A stretch of 64,000 bases of DNA from an uncultured Bacilli bacterium (GCA_934148845.1 CAKPDH010000003.1:65789-129788); one strand, 5' to 3'; shown: positions 9,885 through 21,286, numbered from the stretch's first letter. Numbers and translations are program-made. The notes: generated by a model not told the origin, from the sequence alone.

Positions 9885-10687
9885 ACTTCACTACCTTGTT
9901 TATTTGGCGTAAACACAAATTGTTTATGCCCTCTATCTATTTCCATTTCTTCTTTTCTACTAAAAGGTATTTCATCTCCCTTTTCATTCAATAGACCAAT
10001 TTCGTTATTTTTATAAATTAACTTATATAAATTGCCTTTGCTATCTACCACGATTCCTCTTTCAAAATCAATTGAAAGCTTTTCACTATGATCAAGTTCG
10101 TAATCAAAAGCAGCATGTAAAACCATATTTTGAAGATAAGTTAAGTCTTCCTTATTAATATTTAAAAGCGGAATCGGTTTTATGCTTTCTTTAATATTTT
10201 TATCAAAATCTTTTATCATTTCTTTTGTATTAGAGTATTTGTTTGCACTTTGATATTTTGTGTTTTCTTGTTGCATTCTTTCAAATTGCGTATTTAGATT
10301 ATGCTTGCTCGCATCTTCCATTATAGTTGTTTCACCATTTTTGTCAGTATAAATATTATATTTTTCATCTAGTAAATTTGCTGTTCTAACATTTTCCATA
10401 CTAAATGATTTTTTATCAAGTGTAAGCATTTTCATTTGATTTAATATTCTTTGATAATCTTCTTCTTTTAGTTCATTACCAAAAGATCCAAAATGTTTCA
10501 TTACAATGTTCATTTTATTTTGATCTAAAAACATATTATAATTTTTAATTTTATTCATAAAATCATCTAATGAACTAAAAACTTTATTATTTAGTAGAAA
10601 CATTATTTTTGATACTATTGCAAGTTCTTGTTGTCTTTTTGCCGGTGTGTCAAATACATATTTATATTCTTTAATACTATAGTGCAT
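9881..10687 (-). CDS. hypothetical protein
   Basis: 268-aa ORF overlapping the downstream gene by 4 nt. Confidence 0.4.
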   Translation of the reverse strand: MHYSIKEYKYVFDTPAKRQQELAIVSKIMFLLNNKVFSSLDDFMNKIKNYNMFLDQNKMNIVMKHFGSFGNELKEEDYQRILNQMKMLTLDKKSFSMENVRTANLLDEKYNIYTDKNGETTIMEDASKHNLNTQFERMQQENTKYQSANKYSNTKEMIKDFDKNIKESIKPIPLLNINKEDLTYLQNMVLHAAFDYELDHSEKLSIDFERGIVVDSKGNLYKLIYKNNEIGLLNEKGDEIPFSRKEEMEIDRGHKQFVFTPNKQGSEV

Positions 10688-10783
10688 AATACCTCCTTAT
10701 ATTTCTAACATAATTATATCAAATAAAAATAAAAATATTGTAAAATTATGAGTTTAAAAAACACATTATACAATATTTTACAT

Positions 10784-11422
10784 TTATTTAAACTTTAGAT
10801 ATTTTATGCCTAATTTTTTATAGATACTTGAAGCTCTTGGTAATTTAAACAATCTAGCAAAAAACAAGTTATAAAATTCGTCAATTAATATAATAGAACA
10901 TAGCGTAATACTTATAATTAAAAATGTTTTTTTATTCATTTTTCTTGCTAGATAGAATGTAAGTGGAACTATTACATATATTAGTAATAAACTTGATATT
11001 CCAAAAAAAAGTACACTTCTTAGACAAACAAAACCATGTATATTGCCAAAATTAAGTATTTCCTTATTATAATCCCAGCATCTTTCACCATTATGTACAA
11101 CATACATAAATAGCCCTGCTATATATTCTAATATTCCACAAGTAATAAAACTAATAGAAAATACTTTTAATTTATTTTTTCTATATTTATATGTTAAAAA
11201 ATAAATAAGTATAGATCCTGTTGCGTATATGTTAATCCAAGGTAGAAAGTTTCCACCCCTCCAGTAGAACTGTTTCATACCACTATTGAAATAATAAAAT
11301 ATAAACTCATAAATAAACCCAAACATCCCAGAAATAACTATAATCAGGCATAATATTCCTAACATTGTTAATTTATCAAATGAGTGATCTTTATTAATAT
11401 ATTTTTTATATAATTCTTTCAT
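10784..11422 (-). CDS. hypothetical polytopic membrane protein
   Basis: 212 aa with 5-6 hydrophobic segments. Confidence 0.4.
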   Translation of the reverse strand: MKELYKKYINKDHSFDKLTMLGILCLIIVISGMFGFIYEFIFYYFNSGMKQFYWRGGNFLPWINIYATGSILIYFLTYKYRKNKLKVFSISFITCGILEYIAGLFMYVVHNGERCWDYNKEILNFGNIHGFVCLRSVLFFGISSLLLIYVIVPLTFYLARKMNKKTFLIISITLCSIILIDEFYNLFFARLFKLPRASSIYKKLGIKYLKFK

Positions 11423-11703
11423 ACATACACCTAACTTCTATAATATATATAAAGTATACAAAAAAAAATAAAAAAATACAATGTTAATTTAAAATGTATC
11501 TTTATATTTAATAAATAATATTATTTTTATTAGTAATATCAGTTTAAAATATTTTTTATTCTAGTGACAAACTAACTTAGTAAGTGTTGAATTAATTTGA
11601 GATTAGTTAAATTTAAATGTTCTTATGGAGTTATTTGCTTTGAGTATTTTATTTTACAAAATAAATTTAGTATTATAAATATTTAATAAATATACTAATT
11701 GCG

Positions 11704-12708
11704 TTAATTTTTATTTAATCTATTAATCCACTCAACCGTATCTCTTATGGTATCTTTTATATCTCTATTTTTAAAGTTTAAGCTTTCTTTTGCTTTTTTG
11801 TTACTAAAATTAGCATTAGAAGATAAAGTATATAAAGAATATTTTGTAAAAAGAGGTGTTTGCTTTTTTAAATTATAATACATTTCAAACACTGGCACTA
11901 TTAATTTTACAAGACCTATTGGTAATATAATTTTGATTCTTTTTCTTCTTTGTACATCACAAATTAAATTAGTTAATTCTTTAATAGTTATATATCTATT
12001 AGATAAAATATAGCATTCCCCTTTATTATCTTTCATACATGCACTAATAATCCCGTCTACTACATCTCTTACATCAATAAAATCGTATCCTCCTTTTACA
12101 CAAGCAAAAAGTTTACCACTAGATACTTTTTTTACTAATTGTGTTAAGTGACTGTTACCAAAATCGTTTGGGCCTATAATTCCAGAAGGATGAATGATGC
12201 AAGCATCTAAATTTTTGCTTTTTACCATATCCATAATATATTTTGAAGCTTCTGCTTTCGTTTTCGCATATAATCCTTTAACATTAATAGGATTAAAATT
12301 AGTTATTTCAGTTATTAATGCATTATTAGGCTTTTCTGGAATTGCATGAACACTACTAATATAGATAAGTTTTGCTTTTGATTCTAAAACTTTATCTACT
12401 ATATTCTTAGTACCAATTACGTTAATATTATAAACAAGTGGATTATATTTTGATTTTATATATACAACTGCTGCACAATGAATTACAAATACTTGCTTCC
12501 CATCTGTGTTTTCAAAAATCGATGATAAAGAATCTTTTTTTGCTACATCACCATAGTATATTTTACATTTTAAGTTTTCTAACGATTTTATAGAATCATT
12601 TTTTAACACAAAAGCTCTGATTTCATTATCATCGTCTTGCTCTAATTTTCTTATAATGTTATTACCTAAAAAGCCATTTGCACCTGTAATAATATAAATT
12701 TTTTTCAT
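11704..12708 (-). CDS. NAD-dependent epimerase/dehydratase (SDR family)
   Basis: N-terminal Rossmann motif ITGANGFLG and a YAKTK active-site region (YxxxK). Confidence 0.75.
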   Translation of the reverse strand: MKKIYIITGANGFLGNNIIRKLEQDDDNEIRAFVLKNDSIKSLENLKCKIYYGDVAKKDSLSSIFENTDGKQVFVIHCAAVVYIKSKYNPLVYNINVIGTKNIVDKVLESKAKLIYISSVHAIPEKPNNALITEITNFNPINVKGLYAKTKAEASKYIMDMVKSKNLDACIIHPSGIIGPNDFGNSHLTQLVKKVSSGKLFACVKGGYDFIDVRDVVDGIISACMKDNKGECYILSNRYITIKELTNLICDVQRRKRIKIILPIGLVKLIVPVFEMYYNLKKQTPLFTKYSLYTLSSNANFSNKKAKESLNFKNRDIKDTIRDTVEWINRLNKN

Positions 12709-13113
12709 AAAAATTTCACCTATTGCTCCTCTTTAAAAAAATAAATTTAACACCGTATCTTTATATAATTATACCACAATTTAATTAATAATAGATAAAA
12801 TATATAACAAAAAAATTAGAGTTACTTGAACCCAATTTAAATACTTTGTTTTAATATTCTATAACTTCTAGATGAAATTTACAGTAAAAATATTTTCAAC
12901 CTATAGTAAACCTCATTGTTTTATAATATAACGTTAAAACTGTATATTCTTTTATAAATTTTTAAATTAAATTTTGATTAGTATATGTTTCATGCACAAT
13001 AAATATGATATGAATAAACCTATTATACTTAAGTAATCTTCTAAATGTTAATGAAAAGTTAATCAAATTTTATATCAAAATATAATCTTCTTTTTTAGTT
13101 GAGAATAAAAAAA

Positions 13114-14325
13114 TTATTTTTTAATTTTTCTTCGTTGCAGTATTGCAACACTCTCCACATGATGTGTATTTGGGAACATATCAAATGGGGTTATAGAAGC
13201 AATTTCATATAAATCACTAAATACTTTTAAATCTCTTACCAGTGTCATCGGATCACATGAAACATAAATTATTTTTTTAGAGTTGTATTTTAAAATATTA
13301 TTAATAGTTTGTATATTTAATCCATTTCTTGGAGGATCAATAATAATTACGTCAGGATTAAAATTTAATTTTTCTGTTGCTTTACCACTATCATTACATA
13401 TAAAATCTATATTATGTATATTATTGATTTCTTTATTAATCATAGCATTATTAATAGCATATTTATTTATTTCAATTCCTAAAACTTTACTACATTTATC
13501 ACTAATAAATATACCAATAGACCCTGTTCCACAATATAGATCAAGCACACATTCATTTTTATCTATATAACTTTTAATCAAATTATATAATTTAATTGTT
13601 ACATTTTTATTTACTTGAAAAAAAGAATCTGGTGAAATTAAGTATAAGTAATTTTCAAGGTTCATTTTAATTTCTTTATCTCCATATAAATGTATATATT
13701 TATTATTATATTTTAAATATATTGAATCGAAATACTCTTTAATATTATTAATATTTATATTGTTAGTACTAGATTCTATTATTAACATAATTTTGTTATT
13801 ATTCGTTCTAAGTGTAAGTTTATTAATATTATTTAACTTTAATAATTTTAAATATTTAAATATATCAAAAATTTTCTTTTCCGCTAGTATACAATTATCT
13901 ATTTTAATTAAATTATTACTATCTGTTTCATAATATCCAATATCTTCTTTTACATGGAATGTAACTTTATTTCTATAATGTATAACATTATCACTTTTAA
14001 CAATAGGATTAATTTTAATATCTTTGTTTAAATATTTTTTTAAAATATTTTTTACTTTGTTTTCTTTAAATTTAAGTTGATCTGCATATTTTAAATGCAT
14101 AATGTTGCATCCACCACAAAAGTTATAGTACTTACAAGGAGCAGTTACTCTATTTTTTGAATATTTAATATATTTTTTTACGTTGCCTTCTAAGTATTTT
14201 TTCTTATTTTTTGTTATATTTACTTCAACTATTTCTCCAGGTAGAGCATTTTCAATAAATGATATTTTATTATCTATTTTAGTGATACCTCTACCATGAT
14301 GATCTAGAGATTCAATTTTAAACAT
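13114..14325 (-). CDS. rlmD: RNA (uracil-C5)-methyltransferase, RlmD/RumA/TrmA family
   Basis: TRAM-like N-terminus. Fe-S cysteine cluster C..CGGC. SAM motif VLDLYCGTGSIG. Conserved C-terminus PFDMFPNTHHVESV. Confidence 0.8.
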   Translation of the reverse strand: MFKIESLDHHGRGITKIDNKISFIENALPGEIVEVNITKNKKKYLEGNVKKYIKYSKNRVTAPCKYYNFCGGCNIMHLKYADQLKFKENKVKNILKKYLNKDIKINPIVKSDNVIHYRNKVTFHVKEDIGYYETDSNNLIKIDNCILAEKKIFDIFKYLKLLKLNNINKLTLRTNNNKIMLIIESSTNNININNIKEYFDSIYLKYNNKYIHLYGDKEIKMNLENYLYLISPDSFFQVNKNVTIKLYNLIKSYIDKNECVLDLYCGTGSIGIFISDKCSKVLGIEINKYAINNAMINKEINNIHNIDFICNDSGKATEKLNFNPDVIIIDPPRNGLNIQTINNILKYNSKKIIYVSCDPMTLVRDLKVFSDLYEIASITPFDMFPNTHHVESVAILQRRKIKK

Positions 14326-14341
14326 AAAACCACCAACAATA

Positions 14342-14965
14342 TTATATCATATTTTTATTATTGGTTGTTAGTAATAAAACATCATACATCTTTTTAAATT
14401 CTTTACTGCTTGCTTGCAAATTATTTAATTCACTTAATATTTTTCTCTCACTTTTTAAAATTTTTCCAAAACACTCATAATAGATATATTTAAGTCTGTC
14501 AATATCATTTTTACTCAGTTCACTCTTTATAAACCTTTTCATAATAGTTTGTTTCCTTGTTTCAATTCTATTTGTTTCACTTTTTATAAATGTTACTTTA
14601 ATTTCTTTTTCCTTTAATTGTTTCATTTCTTCTAATACATCTAGTTCTTCGTCTATATAAAGAAATGATTTTTTTATACTTTTTCCATTATTATCAAATA
14701 AAACTGTTATTATATCTTCATTATTTGTAAATAGAATACCGTTAATGTTATTTTTATTACTAAATAGTTCTGTTTTGTTATTTATAAATAATAGTAGATC
14801 TTTATCTATAATAAATTCACTACTCATAATTTTTTTAAATAATTCTGTGTTTACCTTTATTGTTGGAATTTTTTTAATATGTAATAATTTATCATTCTTA
14901 TTCCAATCAAAAAAATCATATGGAATTTTATTAAAATTTAAATAAATATCATATGTATAATTCAT
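14342..14965 (-). CDS. hypothetical protein
   Basis: 207-aa ORF. Confidence 0.4.
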   Translation of the reverse strand: MNYTYDIYLNFNKIPYDFFDWNKNDKLLHIKKIPTIKVNTELFKKIMSSEFIIDKDLLLFINNKTELFSNKNNINGILFTNNEDIITVLFDNNGKSIKKSFLYIDEELDVLEEMKQLKEKEIKVTFIKSETNRIETRKQTIMKRFIKSELSKNDIDRLKYIYYECFGKILKSERKILSELNNLQASSKEFKKMYDVLLLTTNNKNMI

Positions 14966-15176
14966 TTTTTCCTCCTAAAGAAAGAGCAATAATCATAATT
15001 ATAATACCTATTATTGCATTAATACATTCTATTCTTCTAATAATAAAATTAACATATTCTATAAAATTATACCCTAAATTTAGCAAATTAAGATAACAAA
15101 TAATATACATTAATCCTATAGTCGTGAGGCCAAAACCTATTAAAAATAGAAAGATTTTAAAAAGCATTAAATTCAC
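14949..15176 (-). CDS. small hydrophobic protein
   Basis: 75 aa with two TM helices. Low confidence. Confidence 0.25.
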   Translation of the reverse strand: MNLMLFKIFLFLIGFGLTTIGLMYIICYLNLLNLGYNFIEYVNFIIRRIECINAIIGIIIMIIALSLGGKNELYI

Positions 15177-15247
15177 CTAATAAATCTTATTACATTAATT
15201 AATATTTAGAATGTTTATATATATAATTAATTAGGGTAGGTGAATAT

Positions 15248-16048
15248 ATGAAATTATTAAAATATATATTTTTAGGATTTATACAAGGGTTTACTGAAAC
15301 AATACCTGTATCATCTAGTGGACATTTAATGATTTTTAAAAATATAATGAATGTAGATGTAGATTTTAATACTCTTGCAATAGTTACTAATTTTGGGTCG
15401 TTAATAGCCATTTTAATACTTTTTAGAAAAGATATATCACTATTATTAAAAGGATTTTTTAGATATTTACACAGTAAAGATAGTTATTATAAATTAGAAT
15501 ACAAATATGTAAATATGATTATTGTTGGTTGTATTCCGGCAGGATTAGTAGGTCTTTTGGTAAGTTATTTTGACGTATTTGAAAAAATAGAAAATAATAT
15601 TAAAGTAGTTGGATTATCTTTAATAATAACTTCAATTTTATTATATTTAATTAGAAACTTTAAGGGAAATAAAGATGATAATAATATAGGTTTTTTTGAA
15701 TCTATTATTGTAGGTATATTTCAAATACTAGGATTGTTTCCTGGTATAAGTAGAAGTGGATCCACTATTGTTGGTGGGATGTTTAGTGGTCTTAAAAGAG
15801 ATACAGCATTTAAATATTCATTTATGTTATATATTCCAATTAGTTTAGCGGCACTTGTATTAGAACTTAGTAGTATTGAAATTGGTGGAGCCAATTTAAT
15901 ATATTATTTAATTTCAACATTTACTTCTTTTGTTTTAACTCTTATAGTTACTAAATGGTTTAGAAAAATTGTAAATGAGGGTAAAATTGTATATTTTTCA
16001 GTATACTGTCTTATATTAGGAATATTTATAATTTTATTTCTAAAATAA
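15248..16048 (+). CDS. uppP: undecaprenyl-diphosphatase
   Basis: Both BacA/UppP signature motifs are present: TETIPVSSSGHL and GISRSGSTI. Confidence 0.85.
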   Translation: MKLLKYIFLGFIQGFTETIPVSSSGHLMIFKNIMNVDVDFNTLAIVTNFGSLIAILILFRKDISLLLKGFFRYLHSKDSYYKLEYKYVNMIIVGCIPAGLVGLLVSYFDVFEKIENNIKVVGLSLIITSILLYLIRNFKGNKDDNNIGFFESIIVGIFQILGLFPGISRSGSTIVGGMFSGLKRDTAFKYSFMLYIPISLAALVLELSSIEIGGANLIYYLISTFTSFVLTLIVTKWFRKIVNEGKIVYFSVYCLILGIFIILFLK

Positions 16049-16076
16049 AAAAGTTCTTAGTTGTAAGAACTTTTAA
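16046..16076. terminator. bidirectional intrinsic terminator
   Basis: AAGTTCTTA-gttg-TAAGAACTT perfect hairpin flanked by A and T runs. It lies between convergent uppP and the 16057 minus-strand ORF. Confidence 0.5.
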
Positions 16077-16665
16077 GGACATAAACTCCATGCCCTGACT
16101 CGCTAATTTTAGCATTTTCAATAACTTTATTATCAACTTCTAAATTTATATTATATAATCCTTTAAGCATATTAGTCATATTAATATATTCACTTATGGC
16201 CATATCTTTATTAGTATCTATATAATTTATAATAGGAACAATATATCTATTAAAACAATTTAAAGCTATTTGCTTATTTAATGGATCATTTTCTAAAAAC
16301 TTACTTATTTTAGGTCCAATTATATCATATTCAACTAATAGTCTTTTATATTTTTCATCTTTTTGAAGAATATTAGTTCTGAAATTTCTCATTTTATTTA
16401 GATATATGCAGTTATCATTAAAACCTAATATTTTACATATTATAGTAGTTAAATAACAACCGGAACTCCCATGGTATTTAGAATATTCATACGCACTGTT
16501 ACTTACATTAGAACTTCTGCTATAAGCTTTGCAAAACCTATCACAGGCATATTCATTAGCGCCGTGTCTTTCAAGCCTCTTTTCACAATAAAATTTACCA
16601 TATAAATCGGCTTCATTAAAATTATCAATTTCTAAATAAGTACATTCTGAACAAAATTGTGTCAT
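16057..16665 (-). CDS. hypothetical Cys-rich protein
   Basis: N-terminus CSEC...C..C..C suggests a metal-binding region. 202 aa. Confidence 0.4.
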   Translation of the reverse strand: MTQFCSECTYLEIDNFNEADLYGKFYCEKRLERHGANEYACDRFCKAYSRSSNVSNSAYEYSKYHGSSGCYLTTIICKILGFNDNCIYLNKMRNFRTNILQKDEKYKRLLVEYDIIGPKISKFLENDPLNKQIALNCFNRYIVPIINYIDTNKDMAISEYINMTNMLKGLYNINLEVDNKVIENAKISESGHGVYVLKSSYN

Positions 16666-17125
16666 GTTAATAATCTCCTTTCAAAAAATCTTTAAATGTG
16701 GTACAATTAACAGGGTGGTTACTTTGAAAAGCAGTAAGAATCAGTATAAAAATTATGCACTACATTTATTTATATATTTTATTTCGTTTGCTTTAAATTA
16801 TATCATTTTTTTAATAGGAATGCTACTATTTAATAATAAATTAGTAGGAATGCAATTAATTAATTTAATTAGTTTTATATTATCAATGCTATTTATTTTT
16901 TATGTTGATAAAAAATATGTGCCTGATTTAGTAGATGAAAACAATAGTAGTGAACTGTTAAAGTTCATATTACTTAGAATTTTTGGATTAATATTTGAGG
17001 CAATTATATTATATATATTTATTAGTATATTAGATTATAAATTTTATTTTATTAAATTTATAGGTTTATTTATTTTATTTATACTAAATAGTTTTTGTGT
17101 TAAAAAGTTTAAATACAAAGTTTAG
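16664..17125 (+). CDS. small 4-TM membrane protein (GtrA-like?)
   Basis: 153 aa. The topology resembles GtrA-family proteins, but the assignment is weak. Confidence 0.3.
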   Translation: MLIISFQKIFKCGTINRVVTLKSSKNQYKNYALHLFIYFISFALNYIIFLIGMLLFNNKLVGMQLINLISFILSMLFIFYVDKKYVPDLVDENNSSELLKFILLRIFGLIFEAIILYIFISILDYKFYFIKFIGLFILFILNSFCVKKFKYKV

Positions 17126-19082
17126 AATTATCTTTATTTTTTCTAAACTTTTTTAATTGCTCTTCTATTTTTACTATCACATTAGAACTTTTATATATAT
17201 CAATTAGTTTACTTTTCTCAAGACTATCTTTGTAAAAATATTCTTCATTTACTAAATTAATTACTTGATGCGCTTCAAATTCGTTTAAATTTTCGTTGCA
17301 CAATAAATATTTAAATGCTAAATCAGCTGATTTTAAGTTGTCTTTATCCTTTTTATTATCTATATTTTTTATATATTTTTCATAATCACTTATTGCTTTA
17401 CATACTTTTATAGATAAATCTAGATCAAATTTTGTATCTATATTAATTTTTTCAATTTGACTATTAGGATTATTTTTCCAGTTACCCAAGTCTTTTTTAT
17501 TTATAATAGAAAAATATAATTTAATAAAATCTAATAAACTAATTATTTCTTCTTTATTATATAAATTAGTAATAGTAGAATGATAACTTTTTTTACCTGA
17601 TGAATATATTTCAAGGAAATACTTTCCTTTATTATATATTTCTTTTTGTATAAGTCTAATATAAGCATTTAATGATAACATATCAATTGATTTTACTTTA
17701 TATTGCTCATTTGAATATCTAGATATTTTACTTTTTATATTAAAATCAGTTTCATTTGTTATTTTTACAGGAAGTATTATTTTATCTAGATTTTTATTAT
17801 ATCTAATAAGTGTTGTTATTGTTTGTTGACCATTATTAATTACTGGATTTTTAATTAATATTCCAATACCAGTATCAATAACTTGACCAGTAATACTTAT
17901 ACCATTATTATATTTTATAAAATTTTCAGGTTCTATATCAATTGTTTTAATCATGTTTTTATTTGTATTTAATATGCCTCTAACATTATCATTAAAGTAT
18001 TTTGATATATCTATAGTAACATTATTATAACTATTTGGATTTACACCAAGAGCTTCTATTAAATATTTAATTAAATTATCTGCTTCTATATAAAAGCAAA
18101 AATTATTATTATTATCTTTAGATACATTGTACTGATAGATGTTATCAATTTTTATAGATGGTTTTATTATATTAAGTTCAATATTATTTTTGTCAATAGG
18201 TAGTAGTTTATTTTCAAAATATTTATTAAATATATAACTTGGTTTAATATTAGTATCATAATTTAAATTATTAGAAATACTACAAAAATGTATTTTTTTA
18301 TTTTTTAATGAATCTTTATGCTTTATTATATAATGATATAAATCTTTTCCATAATTTGGAATTTTACCCTTAATACACTGTTCATAATTAATTTTCATTA
18401 TATTAAAATCATCACTATTTATCTCATTAAGCTTTATTTGATATATAAATATTTCGTCATTATTAAAATATATAGCATCAATTTTTCCATCATAATCACC
18501 ATTTATGATATATTTATTAATACATTCTTCATATTCAATATTATAATATGTAGAAATTGCAAATACTTCAAAAGCGCTACCATATCCTTCATTTTTTTTA
18601 TTAATTGAAATTCTATCTAATAATCCTCTAATTATTTCTAGTTCATTTATTATTATTTTAGCTTTTCTTTTACCATATTCATATATTAATTTTCCTTTAA
18701 ATACATTATCTTGATTTTTTTCTAATTCATAAAATTCATTAATACAGTCTACACATTCAACACTATTCCATTCATCGTTAGTTATTAAATATTTATTATT
18801 TATATATCTTATGTACAATTTTTTATAATGCGTTATAGTCCATTTACCAGATCTAATTTTTTCTGTATGAAATAAATCATCTCCACAGAAACTAGTACAA
18901 TCTTTTGAATTTTCTTGAAGTCTTCCTCTTATTTTACTTTTTAGTATATTATTATTTTCAACTTCAAGAAAGCTTGCTACTTCATTATATATTTCTGGTA
19001 GAGTAGCGTACTCTTTATTTTCTCTCATAAGTATGTTATATATACAATCATAGATAATGTTTTTAAAACTTTTGTTGTTCAT
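17109..19082 (-). CDS. large hypothetical protein with ParB/DUF262-like NGQQT motif (candidate defence/abortive-infection protein)
   Basis: Residues ...IGILIKNPVINNGQQTITTLIRY resemble the (I)DGQQR-LTTL signature of DUF262/GmrSD-type ParB-like NTP-binding domains. 657 aa, and the remainder is unrecognised. Confidence 0.35.
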   Translation of the reverse strand: MNNKSFKNIIYDCIYNILMRENKEYATLPEIYNEVASFLEVENNNILKSKIRGRLQENSKDCTSFCGDDLFHTEKIRSGKWTITHYKKLYIRYINNKYLITNDEWNSVECVDCINEFYELEKNQDNVFKGKLIYEYGKRKAKIIINELEIIRGLLDRISINKKNEGYGSAFEVFAISTYYNIEYEECINKYIINGDYDGKIDAIYFNNDEIFIYQIKLNEINSDDFNIMKINYEQCIKGKIPNYGKDLYHYIIKHKDSLKNKKIHFCSISNNLNYDTNIKPSYIFNKYFENKLLPIDKNNIELNIIKPSIKIDNIYQYNVSKDNNNNFCFYIEADNLIKYLIEALGVNPNSYNNVTIDISKYFNDNVRGILNTNKNMIKTIDIEPENFIKYNNGISITGQVIDTGIGILIKNPVINNGQQTITTLIRYNKNLDKIILPVKITNETDFNIKSKISRYSNEQYKVKSIDMLSLNAYIRLIQKEIYNKGKYFLEIYSSGKKSYHSTITNLYNKEEIISLLDFIKLYFSIINKKDLGNWKNNPNSQIEKINIDTKFDLDLSIKVCKAISDYEKYIKNIDNKKDKDNLKSADLAFKYLLCNENLNEFEAHQVINLVNEEYFYKDSLEKSKLIDIYKSSNVIVKIEEQLKKFRKNKDNSKLCI

Positions 19083-19250
19083 GTTACCACCTCATATCTG
19101 GATTATATCATAAAAAAATAGCATGATCAACAATTTTGAAAAAGATCTTTTATAATGACTGCAATTTATAATAATAATTAAATAAGTTAGTATAAGATAT
19201 AATAAAAATCTTGTAAATTAAAAAATTTACAAGATAAAAAATTATAATAA

Positions 19251-20087
19251 TTAAGAAATTTTGACTATATTTAAGTATGCACTAGTATCAGATGAAGGTG
19301 ATATGGTTGCAACATTAGTAGATTTTATTGTAAGTCCTATTTGATCATTTGCATTAAAAGAATTAATGGTACTTCCTACAAAATCAGTATCAATATTTGC
19401 AGTAAGGTTTTTAGTTATTGTTGTGCTTCCAATAGGATTAGCGTTTTGTTTTACATTTAAAGTAACTTCTGTATTTGTACTTGCACTACCAGAAAAAAAG
19501 TATTCTACTTTGTATATTCCATCAGTAGTAATTACTAGTTTATTTTGTGTTCCTAGTGTTACTCCATTAGAAGGCCCATTGCTACCAAGCGGTACATCTT
19601 GTGCTATATTTGCTTCTAGTGATATAGGGGTCACTGTTGTATTGTATTTACGACCATAAGTACTTGTTTGTGAAACAGCTGCTGGTCCAGTAGGTCCAGT
19701 AGGCCCAGTAGGTCCAGTAGGCCCAGTTGGACCTTGAATACCAGCTATTCCTTGCTCACCTTGCTCACCTTGTAATCCTTGAGGCCCAGTAGGTCCAGTG
19801 GGTCCAGTTGGACCTTGAATACCAGCTATTCCTTGTTCACCTTGAGGTCCCGTTGCACCTGTGTCACCTCTAGGTATTACAAAATCTAGAACAGCATTTT
19901 CATCAGTACCGCTATTTGTTACACTTGCATTTGTGCCAGACTCACCAGTTGTAGTTGTTCCAATTGTAATAGTAGCAGGTCCTTGAGGTCCAGTAGGTCC
20001 AGTTGGACCTATATAAACAAGCTTATCTTTATATTTTTTTCCTTCTTCTATAATACATTGAACTTTTTTTGAGTAATTTCCATTCAT
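19251..20087 (-). CDS. collagen-like triple-helix repeat protein with C-terminal globular domain (BclA-like exosporium/surface glycoprotein)
   Basis: Long GPT/GPQ/GEQ Gly-X-Y runs ([42 protein letters not shown]) are followed by a ~140-aa non-collagenous C-terminal domain. Confidence 0.75.
   Translation of the reverse strand: MNGNYSKKVQCIIEEGKKYKDKLVYIGPTGPTGPQGPATITIGTTTTGESGTNASVTNSGTDENAVLDFVIPRGDTGATGPQGEQGIAGIQGPTGPTGPTGPQGLQGEQGEQGIAGIQGPTGPTGPTGPTGPTGPAAVSQTSTYGRKYNTTVTPISLEANIAQDVPLGSNGPSNGVTLGTQNKLVITTDGIYKVEYFFSGSASTNTEVTLNVKQNANPIGSTTITKNLTANIDTDFVGSTINSFNANDQIGLTIKSTNVATISPSSDTSAYLNIVKIS
19680..19860. repeat. tandem 9-bp (GGTCCAGTA-like) repeats and a ~33-bp duplication within the collagen-like coding region
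   Basis: Repeated GGTCCAGTAGG(T/C)CCAGT units. CCAGTTGGACCTTGAATACCAGCTATTCCTTG occurs twice (~19723 and ~19804). Confidence 0.6.
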
Positions 20088-20183
20088 AAAAATTCTCCTT
20101 TCCCTATATTGTATGAATATAAAAAATTTTAGCTTATTTTAAATATCTAATGAGGGTATCTTTTTAAATAAATATATGATATA

Positions 20184-20612
20184 ATGGTACTAGGAGGTTT
20201 TATGATAGTCGAAATGTCAAGTATATCTAACACTGATTTTATTAAATTATTACTTTCTATTATGGTTATTAACAATAATTTTATATTTGATAACTATGAA
20301 TTGGAAAATAAATTAGGTGAGCTTTACAATGATCCTAAATATAAGAGCTTATTAAAAAATATAATATTAAGTAATAATAATACTCTAGATTTTGTAAAGT
20401 TTTATTCTGCACTTTCACTTGTGCATGCAGTTGGATTAGCAAAATTAATTCAAAATAGTAAAATTTCAAAGACAATTATAATATTAAGTAAGAATGAAGC
20501 AGAGGAAATATTAAATAGCTATTCCAAAAATGTAGTAAGCTTAGTTAAAGATATATATAATGAAATATATAAGCCAAATGCTAAGACTTTAAATAAAATA
20601 AAAAAACTTTAA
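20184..20612 (+). CDS. hypothetical protein
   Basis: 142-aa ORF with RBS GGAGG. Confidence 0.35.
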   Translation: MVLGGFMIVEMSSISNTDFIKLLLSIMVINNNFIFDNYELENKLGELYNDPKYKSLLKNIILSNNNTLDFVKFYSALSLVHAVGLAKLIQNSKISKTIIILSKNEAEEILNSYSKNVVSLVKDIYNEIYKPNAKTLNKIKKL

Positions 20613-21015
20613 AATTTTATAGTTTAGACTGTTGACAAAGTATTTTTGTTAATAGTCTTTTATTTTTTATACTAAATTAGTAAGCTTACTTTATAATATC
20701 TAAAATTAAGACTTATTAACCTTCTTTTTAATAATATATATAATATTAAACTATATACTTTTGGGGATAAATTTATCAAATACAGCTACTGTTTTAAGTA
20801 ATTATAATAGTATACCAACTGCTCCACTAAAAATAGTTAAAGAAGAATTACTATTTCTAAGCTAAAAAGCTGAATTACTTTTTGGTTTAGAAATAATATT
20901 ATTATATTTTACAACTACATTTTTATAACTGGAACTATTTGGTATATAAATAAGTCCATAATAGTTATATTCAATTAATAAACTTTTTCTGTTAGTAAAA
21001 GTATGCCTAATACCA

Positions 21016-21180
21016 TTACAATATTGTGACATTTACTTTACTGTTAGGTATTTTAATGCAACTTTCTAATCTAATATCATTATCAAAATAAATATATGTA
21101 TAACTATTATTTTCCTCAAGTATACTTTTAAGTTCACTACTAGTAGAAACAACAACTGTATTTTCATTAATAACTTTCAT
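21016..21180 (-). CDS. small 54-aa ORF (possibly the 5' part of a disrupted gene)
   Basis: Strong RBS TAAGGAGC precedes the ATG. A downstream out-of-frame continuation of ~55 codons suggests a frameshifted longer gene. Confidence 0.2.
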   Translation of the reverse strand: MKVINENTVVVSTSSELKSILEENNSYTYIYFDNDIRLESCIKIPNSKVNVTIL

Positions 21181-21286
21181 AAAAGCTCCTTAATAAATAA
21201 TATGTTTTTCAAAAAAAATATAAGCTATTTTGATAGTGCTTTTATAAAATTAAAAATACTAACCAAAAAGATTAGTACTTTTATTA

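Noticed and set aside
9703-9912. 69-aa plus-strand ORF
   Set aside because: Antisense to the repeat-containing 9480-9884 gene. Its repetitiveness mirrors the sense repeats.
13283-13570. 95-aa plus-strand ORF
   Set aside because: Antisense within rlmD.
14745-14945. 66-aa plus-strand ORF
   Set aside because: Antisense within the 14342-14965 gene.
15199-15411. 70-aa minus-strand ORF
   Set aside because: Overlaps the start of uppP antisense. uppP motifs make the plus-strand gene certain.
19366-19659. 97-aa plus-strand ORF
   Set aside because: Antisense to the collagen-like gene and an artefact of its GC-richer repeats.
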